A DNA stretch of 63,748 nt, counting the filler, from Licmophora abbreviata (lineage: Eukaryota): the NCBI GenBank assembly GCA_900291995.1. It is 11 parts of 11 records of this genome, joined end to end, with 100 filler letters (N's around TTAATTAATTAA, not from the genome) between each part and the next. Parts side by side here need not be neighbours in the genome. Positions count along the whole stretch, not along the records: positions 46,271 to 50,308 come from OLMU01000792.1; positions 50,409 to 51,718 come from OLMU01000794.1; positions 51,819 to 61,108 come from OLMU01000795.1; 8 more parts are not named here. One strand, written 5' to 3'. The position numbers and the translations under genes are program-made. The notes under the pieces were generated by a model, which did not search any database, was not told where the DNA came from, and saw nothing but the letters and a program-made list of their open reading frames with translations. Shown piece after piece: positions 47,131-58,822 of the stretch (its first letter is position 1; every line of letters begins with the position of its first letter).

Positions 47131-47424
47131 ATCGGCAGTCGTGTCGCGCGATGACACATGTCCCTCGCTGCGTACAAGTAAGTAACGGTCTGCCGTTTGA
47201 CATAACTGGGATCTTAGACGAAGGGGGCGACCACTACACTTGGGTTCTTTACATAGATTACCGTGGCTTGCATTTTAGTGGTTGTAGGCCTTTGTTCAAA
47301 CGGTAAGAGAATACATGGAGCATCGATTGCTCCTCGCAATGCAAGTATGACTGCCGTAGTAGCTCGTTGTGGCAGATAATATATTAGTATGTTCATCGCC
47401 ATCGCGTTGACGAATCGTTTCCAA

Positions 47425-50258
47425 TCAAGACACCCCAAGCTTGGTTACAATATGTTTGGCGAAGGTATAATTTTGCTTTCAACGGGGATTGGGGAAAGCG
47501 ACAACGTTAGTCTGGCGGTCGCAAAAGCCCTAACTATACTACAGAGAAGCGGCACTTACCAACTCTTCAGAGTGAGCTTTCAGTTCGCGGAGAAGCCGCT
47601 GCTTCTCGTCGCCTTCGGGGACTACATCGAGGGTGGTCTGGACTACGTAATTTGCATACGCATCGCGAACCATAAGCAACACAACCGTCGTCTTTCCGCT
47701 AGATCGATCAGAGTCTTCGGCTTCCTATAGGCGACGAAACCACAGAACGTTAGCATCGGACGCTTCAGAGCAACAGCCTCATCAGCCATGCCGACTCTCT
47801 TTGCTCACCTCTAACATTTCTCGGACGACGGCATTTCTCTGATCAGGTGTGCCATACTTAAGTAATTTTTCAACCACGTTGCTTGCAAATTTCTGTTTGG
47901 AAAGAACCAAGAGCCCATTTTCGACCACAATGTGGAGAATAGACTGCCGATCGGAAACGCGTCCATACTGTAGAACATGTTGAATGACATAGTTACCGTA
48001 TTGATCGTCCAGAAGTGGCCTGTGGTACGCTCTGATGGTATCAAGTGCTCGTTCTTTCGTAGTGTCGATACAATGTTCTAGAATCCTTTGAAGAACGCGA
48101 CAGCCGTATGGGTGGCACGACAGGTTCTGCACACTTCCAAGAACGTCGTCGATGATGAATGCAATCTGCTCGTTAAACATGCGCAAGCGAGCTTCATCGC
48201 CGGCCTCAGACGAGCGTCTCGCTCGGGCACTCACAACCTCGATACACTTCTGGATAACGTGGTTGCCATTCTGATCATGAATACAGCTTACGACGTTACG
48301 ATGAAACTCGCTCAGCAAGCCTGTTATGTCATCGTCATTGAGAGTCTCTAGCGCCTTCTGAACAACTCGACAGCTGTTGGCAAAGCGCGGCACGGAGCAT
48401 ACGTGAGACAGTGCTGTCAGCCCGAAAACAGAGAGCATGCAGTTCGCGTCGAAATTAATACTTACCCATACATCTGCAACGACAGCGAAAGCATCTCGCC
48501 TTTGAGAGAGTCGCGCAAGTGAGTCTTCATCTCGGGAGTGCCGAATTCCAGCAACTTCTGTACAACGTAGTTTCCGAATACGTCGTTGCGCAGTCTTTTT
48601 ATGGCGGGGAGTACTTCTTCCATTACAATAAGCTGTTCAACCTCGTTTCCAAACTCTAGCCTTTGTTGAATGAACCTTGACCCATTCTGATCCTGGCAGA
48701 ACTCGACCACGTGGCCTTTGATATTCAACATTGTCCAGTCTCGGTGCTTGGTAGTCCGGAATTCTTCCAACAGCGGACTCCCTGTGGGCGACGATGGCCC
48801 ATGACGAGAGTCTCCGCCACCTCGCCGAGGTGTTCCTCCTCCCCGTCTGCTTCGGCCGCCTTTCTCGTGCGGACTCTTAGGCCCTCTTGACCTCCCGTGT
48901 CGCGACGGAGGAGCTTCTTGCGGTACACTTTCCATTCGTGTAATGGAAACTGGGGCATTGCCCTGACGGTTTATCGCGGAGACACCAGGAGTGCGCATTC
49001 CATGTAGTCCTTGTCTCTGAACATCCTGCTGATGCCAGTATACTTGTCCTTGTCCTCCACCTTGGACGGGGACGACCGACACGTATTCATGCCCCGGGTG
49101 AGCAGACGGCTGTGCGCGACCTTGATGCGACATGTGGGGCTGCTGCGGTGGCGCTGGATGATACTGTATGGTCGTATATCCATAGGGCGCAGCACCAACG
49201 TAAACGGGTTGACCAGAGGGAAGAGTATGCGTCTGCAGTGCTGCGTTTACCGGTGGCGCGTGTCTCGTCGGCTGCTGTTCACGGTAGTACACCCGCTGTG
49301 ATTCGTACTGGGGGGCGTGTTGCTGGTAAGATACACGATGACCCCTCGAAACATGCTCTACAGGTGCATAGACCGGGCGCTGATCAACACCACGCGTAGG
49401 GGCATGATGATGGTACTCGTATGTAGAGTGCGTAGCCGGGGTCTCCTAAGGTCGACAACAAAACAGAAACCGGTCAGAACGTGATTCCGGCGAGACAGAG
49501 CACACAAAATCATTCAAGTGACTTACAACATAATGAGGGGGTAAACCGACGCTCAATCGTTCCATAGACTGAGTTACACCCGAAAACTCGTCGTGCTGAC
49601 GCCGTAAACTGTTCACGCCTTGCTGTCCAGCATCGTATGAGACCTGCGGTTGCGTCGGCGGTTCGTACGGCGAGGAGGGCGCTTCATCGTGAATCAGATC
49701 CATAAGCGTTTTGGGAGCGGGTCGCACCGCCCGACTGTCGCGCGAAGCAAACGTTTCATCCCCGATGATACCAGCAGAAGCAGGGCGCTGCTGACTGAGC
49801 CCTCTAAGAGCCTGAGCATCCATTGTTTGACTTCTCAGCATCCCCGGCGGCTCAGTCAAGGGTTGCCGCCCCAGGTCAAATCCTGGAGGTGTCCCAAACA
49901 ACAACGGTGCAGCCGATTTCGATCGCTCCAAGGCAGATTCAGGGGGATATACTGCATCAAAATCAAACTGGCTGGGCCCCGCTGCGGAACTTAACTGCCG
50001 TGGGTCGGCACTTCCTGCTCCGGAGCGATAGTCACCGACACCTCCGCCCGAAAACAACGAATTGGGGAGACTACCGGGGTTGTATATACCAGGCGCGGAC
50101 GACCGACCGGCCTTTTGTTCAAAAGAGTCACGAAAGAGTCCTGTATTTGCTGTATCATGCATCGTAACTGGCGCCGTATCGCGGCCACTACTATCGAACA
50201 GACCAAGGCGAGATGTCGATTGCGCACTATCTCTCTGTCCAACGCGTGCAAACAAAAA
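47425..50258 (-). CDS. PUM: Pumilio/PUF RNA-binding protein, multi-exon, 5' truncated by gap
   Basis: PUF repeats 'DQNGSRFIQQ', 'DVFGNYVVQK', 'QMYGCRVVQK', 'DQNGNHVIQK', 'HPYGCRVLQR', 'DQYGNYVIQH', 'QKFASNVVEK'; ends 'FAKHIVTKLGVS*'. Confidence 0.95.
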
Positions 50259-50680
50259 CTAACAGCACAATCAACGAGAAAGTGAGAATGGCAACTATAT
50301 TACAGAGANNNNNNNNNNNNNNNNNNNNNNNNNNNNNNNNNNNNNNNNNNNNTTAATTAATTAANNNNNNNNNNNNNNNNNNNNNNNNNNNNNNNNNNNN
50401 NNNNNNNNCGGATTCCTGGTATCGATGATCGCCTAGCGGTCAAAAGAAGAGACACGAATGGGAATGAATAGTGCATAATACGTTAAGCCAAGAGATATTT
50501 CAAATTAGATTTCTCTGGTAGTGCCATTTACCAGGAGAAAATGCGACTGAGCATTCGTTCTTTCCAAATGACGGCGCCTGTTGCACATGTTCTGTCCAAA
50601 TGATGGCAATGACAGTTCCAGCACTCTCGAATAGCTAGCTCACAGTGGCAACGACGCAAATGAATCATCGTTCTACCAGG

Positions 50681-51559
50681 TCATTTACCTTCCCATGAAT
50701 GCTTCCATTCATGCATGGCAAATACATTTGTTTCGTCCTCAAAGTTTTCTCGTCGACAGTTTTTCGTTTGTGAAAAAATGCATGGATAGAATGTGAATGG
50801 CTTGAAAATGTTGAAATCGTATTTCCGCAACACGGCTGTCCAAGCGATCGGGCCCGTGATATCTGTAGCGTACTTTGCTGGACGTTTAGGCGATGCCTTT
50901 TTCAACGTGGCGATGGTTCGTTTCAGTGCGTTCTGGATCATGTGCTGAAGCGCTGAATTGTGGGGACGATCCGCAATCACGGCATTGCAGAAGAATTTGC
51001 ACTTGTTCGAGTTGTCCATTGTGTAGTTGGAGGACGGCTCGTACGACCATGGATTTTCGCAGACAGTAAAGCTGGCATACTGGCGCAATGGTTCAATGGA
51101 ACGAAACGGGACAATGTCGGTATCAAGATAAACGCCTCCAAATCTCTCAATGATATGATACCGTAAGATATCGGAAATCCAGGCTGGAGTCGGGATTCTT
51201 TGCAAAAGGGGCATGATATCAGGGAACTCGCTTCTCGACAGCGAGTTGTTCCAAAGCACAATCTTCCAATTCGAGTGCAAATCTTTCCATTCATTCACCA
51301 CAGTTTTCACAGCTTCTGGTATCTCTGTTTGATTCTCTGGAAGGCCAGGAGTAACATAGACAAAGTGTAGAATTCGTGGCATTGCAGCGTTGTCTTCCTC
51401 ATTGTCACCTTTTCCCACAATAGTAGTTCCAAATCCAGCGCTGCGGCCCTGCGCTTGGTGGTGCACTCCTTCCGGCAGCCTCCAGGAAACATGGTAAGCG
51501 CCCAACACTGCGATCAGCAGGAGGGGAAATAAGAGTCTTGCGATCTTCGTGTTCAACAT
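50681..51559 (-). CDS. GT32 (DXD, Och1/Sur1-like) glycosyltransferase
   Basis: TM anchor; 'MPRILHFVY', 'SDILRYHIIERFGGVYLDTD', 'ITGP', 'FAMHEWKHSW'. Confidence 0.9.
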   Translation of the reverse strand: MLNTKIARLLFPLLLIAVLGAYHVSWRLPEGVHHQAQGRSAGFGTTIVGKGDNEEDNAAMPRILHFVYVTPGLPENQTEIPEAVKTVVNEWKDLHSNWKIVLWNNSLSRSEFPDIMPLLQRIPTPAWISDILRYHIIERFGGVYLDTDIVPFRSIEPLRQYASFTVCENPWSYEPSSNYTMDNSNKCKFFCNAVIADRPHNSALQHMIQNALKRTIATLKKASPKRPAKYATDITGPIAWTAVLRKYDFNIFKPFTFYPCIFSQTKNCRRENFEDETNVFAMHEWKHSWEGK

Positions 51560-51938
51560 ATCGAGCCACAGTCAATGCCACTTCGCCTCGCCTGTCGCTG
51601 TGTTCGGATCTCAGAATTTGAAGGTGTGTGTAGTGTGTGTGTGATTGATGATGGCTGAGATGAGGTGACAAAAAGATCATTTCAGACAGTCGACGAGGTA
51701 CGTGGCATAAGTAGAGAGNNNNNNNNNNNNNNNNNNNNNNNNNNNNNNNNNNNNNNNNNNNNTTAATTAATTAANNNNNNNNNNNNNNNNNNNNNNNNNN
51801 NNNNNNNNNNNNNNNNNNCATAATTCAGTCGATTTAGTTCATCGCCACATCACCTGCTGCTCTGAGTCGTCGAGAGTATCCTGTGTTTCCCTTGACGCTT
51901 CGTGATAATGCAGAAAAACAGTTGTTTCTGAAGAAAAA

Positions 51939-53580
51939 ATGTCGCAAAACTTAGACCGTGTGACAAATGCGGTTGGCGCTTGTTCCATTTCAGAAGACGA
52001 TGAAGTAGCTCGTCTTCGCAGGCGCATCGTCGAATTGGAAGATGAGAAGGACCGCTATAGAAATCGAGCTGTTCAGTTGGAAGAACAGCTAAGCCATCGG
52101 GACATCGAAGTCAGACAGGCATCGAATCGTATCGCACAGAGCACTGAACTAGATACGCCGGATGCGAGGATGGTGACACAGTTGTCCGGCAAACATATCC
52201 AGCGCTACTCCAGACAGCTGCTCTTAGCAGACGGTTTCGGCGTAGAGGGACAGTGCAAGCTACTTTCCTCTTCTGTGTTGGTAGTTGGGGCCGGTGGAAT
52301 CGGTTCGACAGGTAGGTCTCTGGTACGCGCCACTATTTGACAGCGTGCCGCTCGCCTGATGACTGACGATGCAACTCTCACACGGTCCACGCATCTGTCT
52401 CCAATCAGTTCTTCTCTACTTGGCTGCAAGTGGGGTCGGAAAGATTAGCGTTGTGGATTTTGATGGAGTCGATACGTCGAATTTACACCGCCAGGTGATT
52501 CACAAAGATCGTGATGTAAGCCTCAACAAGGCGGTGTCGGCATGCCGCGCCATGCAGAATCTCAATCCTACTATACAGTGCACGCCAATTGAAGATGCCC
52601 TGACACATGAAAATGCCCTCCACCTAGTCTCTAGCCATGACTGTGTGGTGGACGCGAGTGATAATCCGAGAACGCGATACTTGATCAACGATGCGTGTGT
52701 GTTGGCGGGAAAGCCGCTCGTATCGGGTAGTGCCATTGGTACGGAAGGACAGCTGACGGTATACAACCACGCAGGGGGGCCTTGCTATCGTTGTCAGTAT
52801 CCAAAACCAAATTCCACAGAAGGATGCAAGTCTTGCTCCGATAGTGGTGTCCTAGGCCCTGTGCCCGGACTGATTGGCGTTCTGCAAGCCTTGGAAGTTG
52901 TCAAAGTGCTAACTGGTGTTGGGTATGTGGTTGCTGCCTCTCTGTACACCTCGACGCATGATCGGACATTCACTGACACTTCCACTATCTTTCTTATTTT
53001 GTTTGATGTCAGCTCGACAATGAGCGATCGTTTGCTAATGTACGACGCACTCCGCTGCTCCTTTCTGAGTATCAGGAAGCCACCGAAGATCGCCAACTGT
53101 CCGGTTTGCGGAACATCGCCTGCTATTCGGTCCATGGAAGATAGTCGAGCTGTTTCGGAACCTGCCCGAGGTCCGAGTGGCGTCATTGAGGATGGGCACC
53201 GCGTCTCATTGACCACCATCCCAACGATTCCCGACGAGCTCAATATCTCCTGCGTCGAGTATGAGAGGATACGAACCAATCGAGAACCCCATGTGCTACT
53301 AGATGTAAGAGTCCAGCGTCAGTATGACATGTGTTCGTTGGAGGGAGCTATTAACATACCCTTGGGTACACTGTCCGATGAACTGGATTATGTCGAAGTG
53401 GAGTCCGGGGGCGTGTTGCCCGTGTATTGTATTTGCCGGCGCGGGATATTCTCGGTAGAAGCCACCCGATTGCTGAACGAAGCGGCTTGTACGCATCCAA
53501 GGATTCATTCGGTCAAAAACATCCGCGGAGGACTCGCAGCTTGGTCAGAAGAGATCGACTCGTCTTTCCCAATGTACTAG
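51939..53580 (+). CDS. MOCS3: MOCS3/Uba4 adenylyltransferase-sulfurtransferase (introns ~52312-52407 and ~52923-53012)
   Basis: 'RYSRQLLL', 'VVGAGGIGS', 'SNLHRQ', 'SDNPRTRYLINDAC', 'PCYRC...CSDSGVLGPV'; rhodanese domain 'CICRRGIFS'; C-terminal 'FPMY'. Confidence 0.96.
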
Positions 53581-53603
53581 CAACTAGGTAAGAATAGTCT
53601 TAC

Positions 53604-55508
53604 TTATTCTCTATCTTTTTCAGACAACTTGAGATGTCTGTCGCCCTCGTTGGCTAGAAAATTGTCAAACTTCTCAGGCAGATCGATCGCTGCGGCGACC
53701 ATTACGACGCCTTCCTTGGACTCGTAGAGAAACCCACTGGCGAGCCTTTCGGCTTCGCTCAGACTGTCCCACTCTATCCGCCCCTTGTCTGTATTGAAAT
53801 ATGGATGCTCGCAACACACGCGATTGGAACAAAGAAAGAGGCCGCGTCCTCTCAGAGCCATTGCATCGCCGCCACCACCGTCGTACGCTTTATCGCCAAC
53901 AAGAGGTCGTTCGCAGACCCATGCCATGTGCCGGCGCAGTTGATGATACCGTCCAGTCTTTGGTTTCAGCTCGACAAGAGTGAGCGTCCCGTCAGTGGCT
54001 TTCAGAGAGTTGGTGTACCTCAATGCCCTCCACGCAGTGATGGCGTGCTTGTCATCCAAGGCGCAGTCAATGAGTTGCCATCGATTGGAAACACTAGTTC
54101 CCTGGATCCACGTCCAGTCCCATTTGATGCGCTTCCTCGGCAGTAATGGATGTCTCCACCGGCTCATCTGGGACTCCATTGACAATGGCGACGTACGTCT
54201 TTTTCACTTTTCGTTCCACAAACTGTCTCCCAAGATCCACCATTGCAGGCTTTGTCTTTGCAATAAGCAGCTGTTGATTGGAGAAAGGATGACACATGTT
54301 ACTTTGCAATTGATTCACTCGAGTAGACTTGCAGTACACTTGCATGCATCGAACCAGTCAAAGTGTACGTACCAGTCCGGACGTGGGTCGATCGAGACGA
54401 TGTACCGCCATGGGACGGCGAATGATGGAGAGTGTTCCCGCGCGTGGAGGCGTCAAGGCGTACGGCAATGCGGATCGAACCGTCATTCGACCATGACCCG
54501 CACCGCGGTGAGCATAGACGACCACGCCCGCTGGTTTGTTCACTGTGACGAGATAGTAACAGCAATGGGATGGTGTCAACAATGAAAAGAATACAGACGA
54601 GGGCATGTTTGTAGTCGCTTTCACATCCAGTAACACTGATACTCACCTATGGCAAAATGATCGTCTTCATACACCACCGGCAGGTCAAATGGGGGAGGTT
54701 CCCGGTGATGACCCAAAGCTCCGTACTTTTCATTGCCATCCCCCAATCGCGTCTGTATCCCAATCACATCTCCTGGATACACGCGATCCCCCACACGGCC
54801 CCGTATGCAATGTGTCACGTCCGAGAATCCCCCACTCATAGCGCCGTCGTCACGTTCATGTTTCAATATCGAGGGACCCCGATGTACAAGAACCACACCC
54901 TTCCGACAGGCCTTGCGAGCTCGCGAAAAGGTCGGATACTGTTTCGGATCCAAGAGCATGAGCGCTACTGGTAGAGTGACATTGTGTTTGGAAAGTCCCA
55001 ATCGTCGTTCTATATCGCGGGTGATGGAGTCCATCGTTGTTGTCGTCGTGATTCCACTAGAAGTAGTAGTAGTAGAAGTAGTAGTAGTAGTAGTAGTACT
55101 ATTAGTAGAAGTGTCTTCGTGGAAGGACGACGACGGCAATTCAAACCCAGTTGCTGGTGTTTCGTACTGGTGAACAACTACGAAGCCTTCGGGCATACCA
55201 GTCGGGAGGGTGGAAAAGTCGTCGTCCATCTCCTCGAGTAGAGAAGTATTTTGGGTCGATGCGATGGTTGTCGTCATCATGAGAGACGACGACGTTCTTT
55301 GCGACGATGCTGGGGGTATCATGGAGGAGTAGTAGTTTCTGTTTGGTCGTGTAGATGGAATGGCTTGGAAGAACGATTGGAATGCCGCCGATGGTAGGGT
55401 CCGTCTCGGCTGTGGTGACAAAACGGGCCCATGAGCCAAAGACAGAACCCATACAAACGACAAAGACATCGTCATTTGCATGATGCTTGTCCACCAACGA
55501 CGACACAT
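53604..55508 (-). CDS. RluA-family pseudouridine synthase 1 (introns 54646-54543 and 54372-54271; +1 frameshift near 54102)
   Basis: 'VVYEDDHFAI|VNKPAG', catalytic 'VHRLDRPTSGL|LLIAKT', 'VKKTYVAIV', 'KTGRYHQLRRHMA...PLVGDKAY'. Organellar-type presequence. Confidence 0.9.
55062..55098. repeat. (AGT)n coding microsatellite (poly-Thr); further triplet runs at 55942-55965 (TTC), 58137-58157 (ATC) and 58698-58717 (GAC)
   Basis: Directly visible triplet repeats. Confidence 0.9.
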
Positions 55509-55864
55509 TGCGACAATTCAAACAAAGCAGAAGAATCGAAGAATATACATTCTCATCACGCCGTCACTGTGCTGATGCATCAGCCGCACACACATCACTG
55601 TCACTCTGTCACTCTGCCAAACGTGTGAGAGTGTGCTTCGAGTCACGAGTGAAGTCACGAGTGAGTAGTGGGATGCGTCTCGCGGGCGTCGTCGATGTTT
55701 GGACAACAAACATGATCCTCCTAAAAAGCGTGTATAGTGTATAGGTCCTAGTGTGAAGCATCATGAAGCGATCCTCGTGGAGATGGGCCTTCCTCGCACC
55801 GCAGAAGAGGTGGAAGACAACGCAATGCCTTCACTGCGCCGGCGTTGCTGCTTATTTTTGTTGT

Positions 55865-57595
55865 ATGATGAACCGACCTGCCATCATCATTCCAACTACT
55901 TTGCCAATGTTGTGTCAAGCCTTTTACGCTCCTAGTACTGTTTCTTCTTCTTCTTCTTCTTCTTCTTTTGTTTCGAATTCCCGCCGCCGTCACCGCACTT
56001 ATAGCAGTACATGTACAAATAGGGTCAGGCATTTGCCACCGTATCGTTTGTTATCCAGACGCTTCGAGTCGACGGTACCGAACGGAGACTCTTCTTATTC
56101 CAACACGACGGCAACGACGACGCTCCCCCTGTCTCCTGACGAAGACACCCGCAACGACGATGACGAATTCAACATAACTCCACCTTCAGTGCTGTCGATT
56201 TCCTTGACGGAGCAGCAGATCCGTGAAGCCTATCAAGAGGGCGAGACGGATGGAATACTGGAACTCGTAGCATCTACTACTAATCAGCTTGACCTGAATC
56301 CTTCCGAACTCATTCGAATGTCACTGCAAGCTACAAACAACAACAAAGGTCAGGCTGCAGGTATCATCAATGCCTTTATCGCTAGTACTACGACAAATAA
56401 CAACAACAGCAACACTGCGACCACGGCCTTGCAATGGTTGGAAGCATACGATGCCATGGCGGACGAATACCAACTCTATCCGGATGTCGTCACCTTGTCG
56501 TTGGTCTACACGGCTCTGGTGAGGGAGAAAACGAGCAGTGCATCTACTGCTAATATGGACGAACGAATCAATACGAGTGATGACAGTGAGTATCTATCCT
56601 CGATGGCCATGTCCGTATTGGAACGAGCTGCCAGGTGGAGTAAAAAGATGGGAGGATCCAAACGTCGCAAGGCATTGGCGGCATCGCGTCGACGACCAGC
56701 ATCTGATTCCGATACTACGAACTGCATGGATGTCCAAGAGGATCTTCGAGCAATCTTGGGTACCGACTTTGCAGTCTTGCACGAAAGCGACGATCTCCTT
56801 GTTCTCTCCAAACCGAGCGGTGTCGTCTGCTATCACAAGCGCAAGACAACAGCGGGACGCATCCACAAGAAACGAAAGACAAAAAAGAACAAGTCTAGTG
56901 ACGATAGTGGCAATGATACTACAGGGGACGTGAGTTTAGAAGACGCACTTCTTCACTACAACATCCCACTGTCGACTCTCAATGCTGACGGTCGGGGCAT
57001 GGTGCATCGTATCGACCGAGGTACTTCCGGATGCATGGTCCTTGCCAAGACGGACGACATGCACGCTCGACTTGTTTCCGAATTCTTTCTGCGGCGTGTC
57101 CAAAAGACCTACCGAGCGCTCGTCGTCAATGGCGAATACAAAAAGATGGATGATGGGTGGAACCCATCCGAAGGAATACTTGAGAGTCTGGTGCAGGGCC
57201 GTCCGGCCAGATCCGCCTATTCTGTATTGGAACGTTACTACTGTGGCAATCATGAGGAGGAGGATGGCGCCATAGAATCGTGCTTGTTATCATTGTTGCG
57301 AGTCGAAACCTTTACCGGACGCAAACATCAAGTCCGAATACATTGTGCGGAGGGTCTGCAAACACCAATTCTGTTTGATCCACTGTATGGTTATCATGGA
57401 CGGAAGAAGGATGGTATTTCTGTACAATTACCGCCAAAGCTAAAGAAGTTAGTGGCGGATGCGACCACGGACAAGCGACAACGATTTTGCCTTCACGCGT
57501 CCGAGTTGAGTATTCCCAAGTACGGCGTCACTGTCCAAGCTCCGTACCCCACATGGTGGGAGCGTGACGTTCTTTCTGAACTTAAGAAGAGATGA
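55865..57595 (+). CDS. RluA-family pseudouridine synthase 2 with helical N-terminal region
   Basis: 'LHESDDLLVLSKPSG', catalytic 'VHRIDRGTSGCMVLAKT', 'VQKTYRALV', 'TGRKHQVRIHCA...PILFDPLYG', 'LHASEL'. Start uncertain. Confidence 0.92.
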   Translation: MMNRPAIIIPTTLPMLCQAFYAPSTVSSSSSSSSFVSNSRRRHRTYSSTCTNRVRHLPPYRLLSRRFESTVPNGDSSYSNTTATTTLPLSPDEDTRNDDDEFNITPPSVLSISLTEQQIREAYQEGETDGILELVASTTNQLDLNPSELIRMSLQATNNNKGQAAGIINAFIASTTTNNNNSNTATTALQWLEAYDAMADEYQLYPDVVTLSLVYTALVREKTSSASTANMDERINTSDDSEYLSSMAMSVLERAARWSKKMGGSKRRKALAASRRRPASDSDTTNCMDVQEDLRAILGTDFAVLHESDDLLVLSKPSGVVCYHKRKTTAGRIHKKRKTKKNKSSDDSGNDTTGDVSLEDALLHYNIPLSTLNADGRGMVHRIDRGTSGCMVLAKTDDMHARLVSEFFLRRVQKTYRALVVNGEYKKMDDGWNPSEGILESLVQGRPARSAYSVLERYYCGNHEEEDGAIESCLLSLLRVETFTGRKHQVRIHCAEGLQTPILFDPLYGYHGRKKDGISVQLPPKLKKLVADATTDKRQRFCLHASELSIPKYGVTVQAPYPTWWERDVLSELKKR

Positions 57596-57647
57596 AGAAG
57601 CTACGATTTAAGATCTCGTTTTAAAAAGTCTAATGCGAACCGTGTTT

Positions 57648-58424
57648 CTACTTGTGAATTGGGACATTTTTGTTTCTGCCATTCTCCCTGTTAGCAAAAT
57701 GTGGAGGAGGAAACTGCCCAGTCGGTAGAATCACAGCCAGATAGCCATCCAAGAGCGGATCTCTCTGCAGCAATTCTGGCGTCACGTTGCGATTTAGCTC
57801 GAGAACAGTTCCCCAGACACCCGCACAAACCACCACATGGCCTTTGTCAAATGTGAGTTTCGCAATGGGAGTGCAGGGCGTAACGACATGCCCCACGTTC
57901 TTTTTGCCCCGCAAGAGTTTCGCATTTCGCTTCCGACGTTCCCCTGCGCTCATGTCCGGTGCTGGGTCCACGAGAAAGTCCACACTCTGAATCGTGCCGT
58001 TTGGAGCATCATCGACTAGATGTTTAGCTGCAGTGACAATGCAGAGGCCGTTGGCGTGTTGATGAATGATAGGGCTCGTCATCTGCAAAAGCGACGAAAG
58101 TGATGGTCGTTCTGATGCTGTCCGCTCACCACCACCATCATCATCATCATCATCATCACCGCCGCCGCCGTCCTCCTCTTGCGTCGTCTTTTCACCCTCG
58201 TTCGCAGTGGACTCGTCGTCCGATAGCTTGTTCTGCTCATTACTCTCATCCGACAATAAGACTACCGTGTGAGAAGAAGCAAAGAATCGGTGCGGACTTC
58301 CCGGACGGCCCGTGGACTCGCGAGGTACAATAGTCTGCACGTGCTCGTAGGCTTGCCGGAGCGGATCGTCCAAGCTATCATTTCTTCTCCTTCTTTTTCG
58401 AGACTGTTGCTCTTCTGGGTTCAT
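57648..58424 (-). CDS. Abitram/FAM206A (GcvH-like hybrid-fold) protein
   Basis: 'HQHANGLCIVT', 'RGKKN', 'CAGVWGTVLELN...PELLQRDPLLDGYLAVILP'. Confidence 0.75.
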   Translation of the reverse strand: MNPEEQQSRKRRRRNDSLDDPLRQAYEHVQTIVPRESTGRPGSPHRFFASSHTVVLLSDESNEQNKLSDDESTANEGEKTTQEEDGGGGDDDDDDDGGGERTASERPSLSSLLQMTSPIIHQHANGLCIVTAAKHLVDDAPNGTIQSVDFLVDPAPDMSAGERRKRNAKLLRGKKNVGHVVTPCTPIAKLTFDKGHVVVCAGVWGTVLELNRNVTPELLQRDPLLDGYLAVILPTGQFPPPHFANRENGRNKNVPIHK

Positions 58425-58822
58425 CGTGGTAAGGAGAGAAAAGAGAAACAAGGTGTTGGAAGACACAAGGCTGGTGCGGTACGGTGCGGTGCTGCCGAGA
58501 GAGTGATGCTGACTTCGACTGCCATCATTGTGCGCGACGCGACAGCGAGGCTGGAAAAAGTCGAAGGGGTTCTGGTACGGGACTGACCTACTTCCAGTCG
58601 TGCATTCCTGCGTGTGACACAATGATCAAAGGAAAATGGCATCTCTTTTTGCCAGAAGCAAGGACAACCACGAATTTCACCGGACTTTAGGTTCGAAACG
58701 ACGACGACGACGACGACATGTCCATCACACTTTCAACTTCATTCGCGACGCAGTCAACCTACATGAGGAGTGTACTGTGTTGCCGTTGACAGTACTGCTT
58801 GCCTCCTACACTTAAAGTTTTG

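Noticed and set aside
50511..50539. Short imperfect hairpin ttctctggta...taccaggagaa
   Set aside because: It is too short and isolated to support an ncRNA or MITE call.
24860..54105. Programmed ribosomal frameshifting as a shared mechanism for the frame breaks
   Set aside because: There is no common slippery heptamer or stop-codon context, and both +1 and -1 events occur, so sequencing error is more likely.
58100..58333. Poly-His ORF (HHHHHHHHHH)
   Set aside because: It is the antisense reading of the Gly/Asp triplet repeat in the Abitram-like gene.
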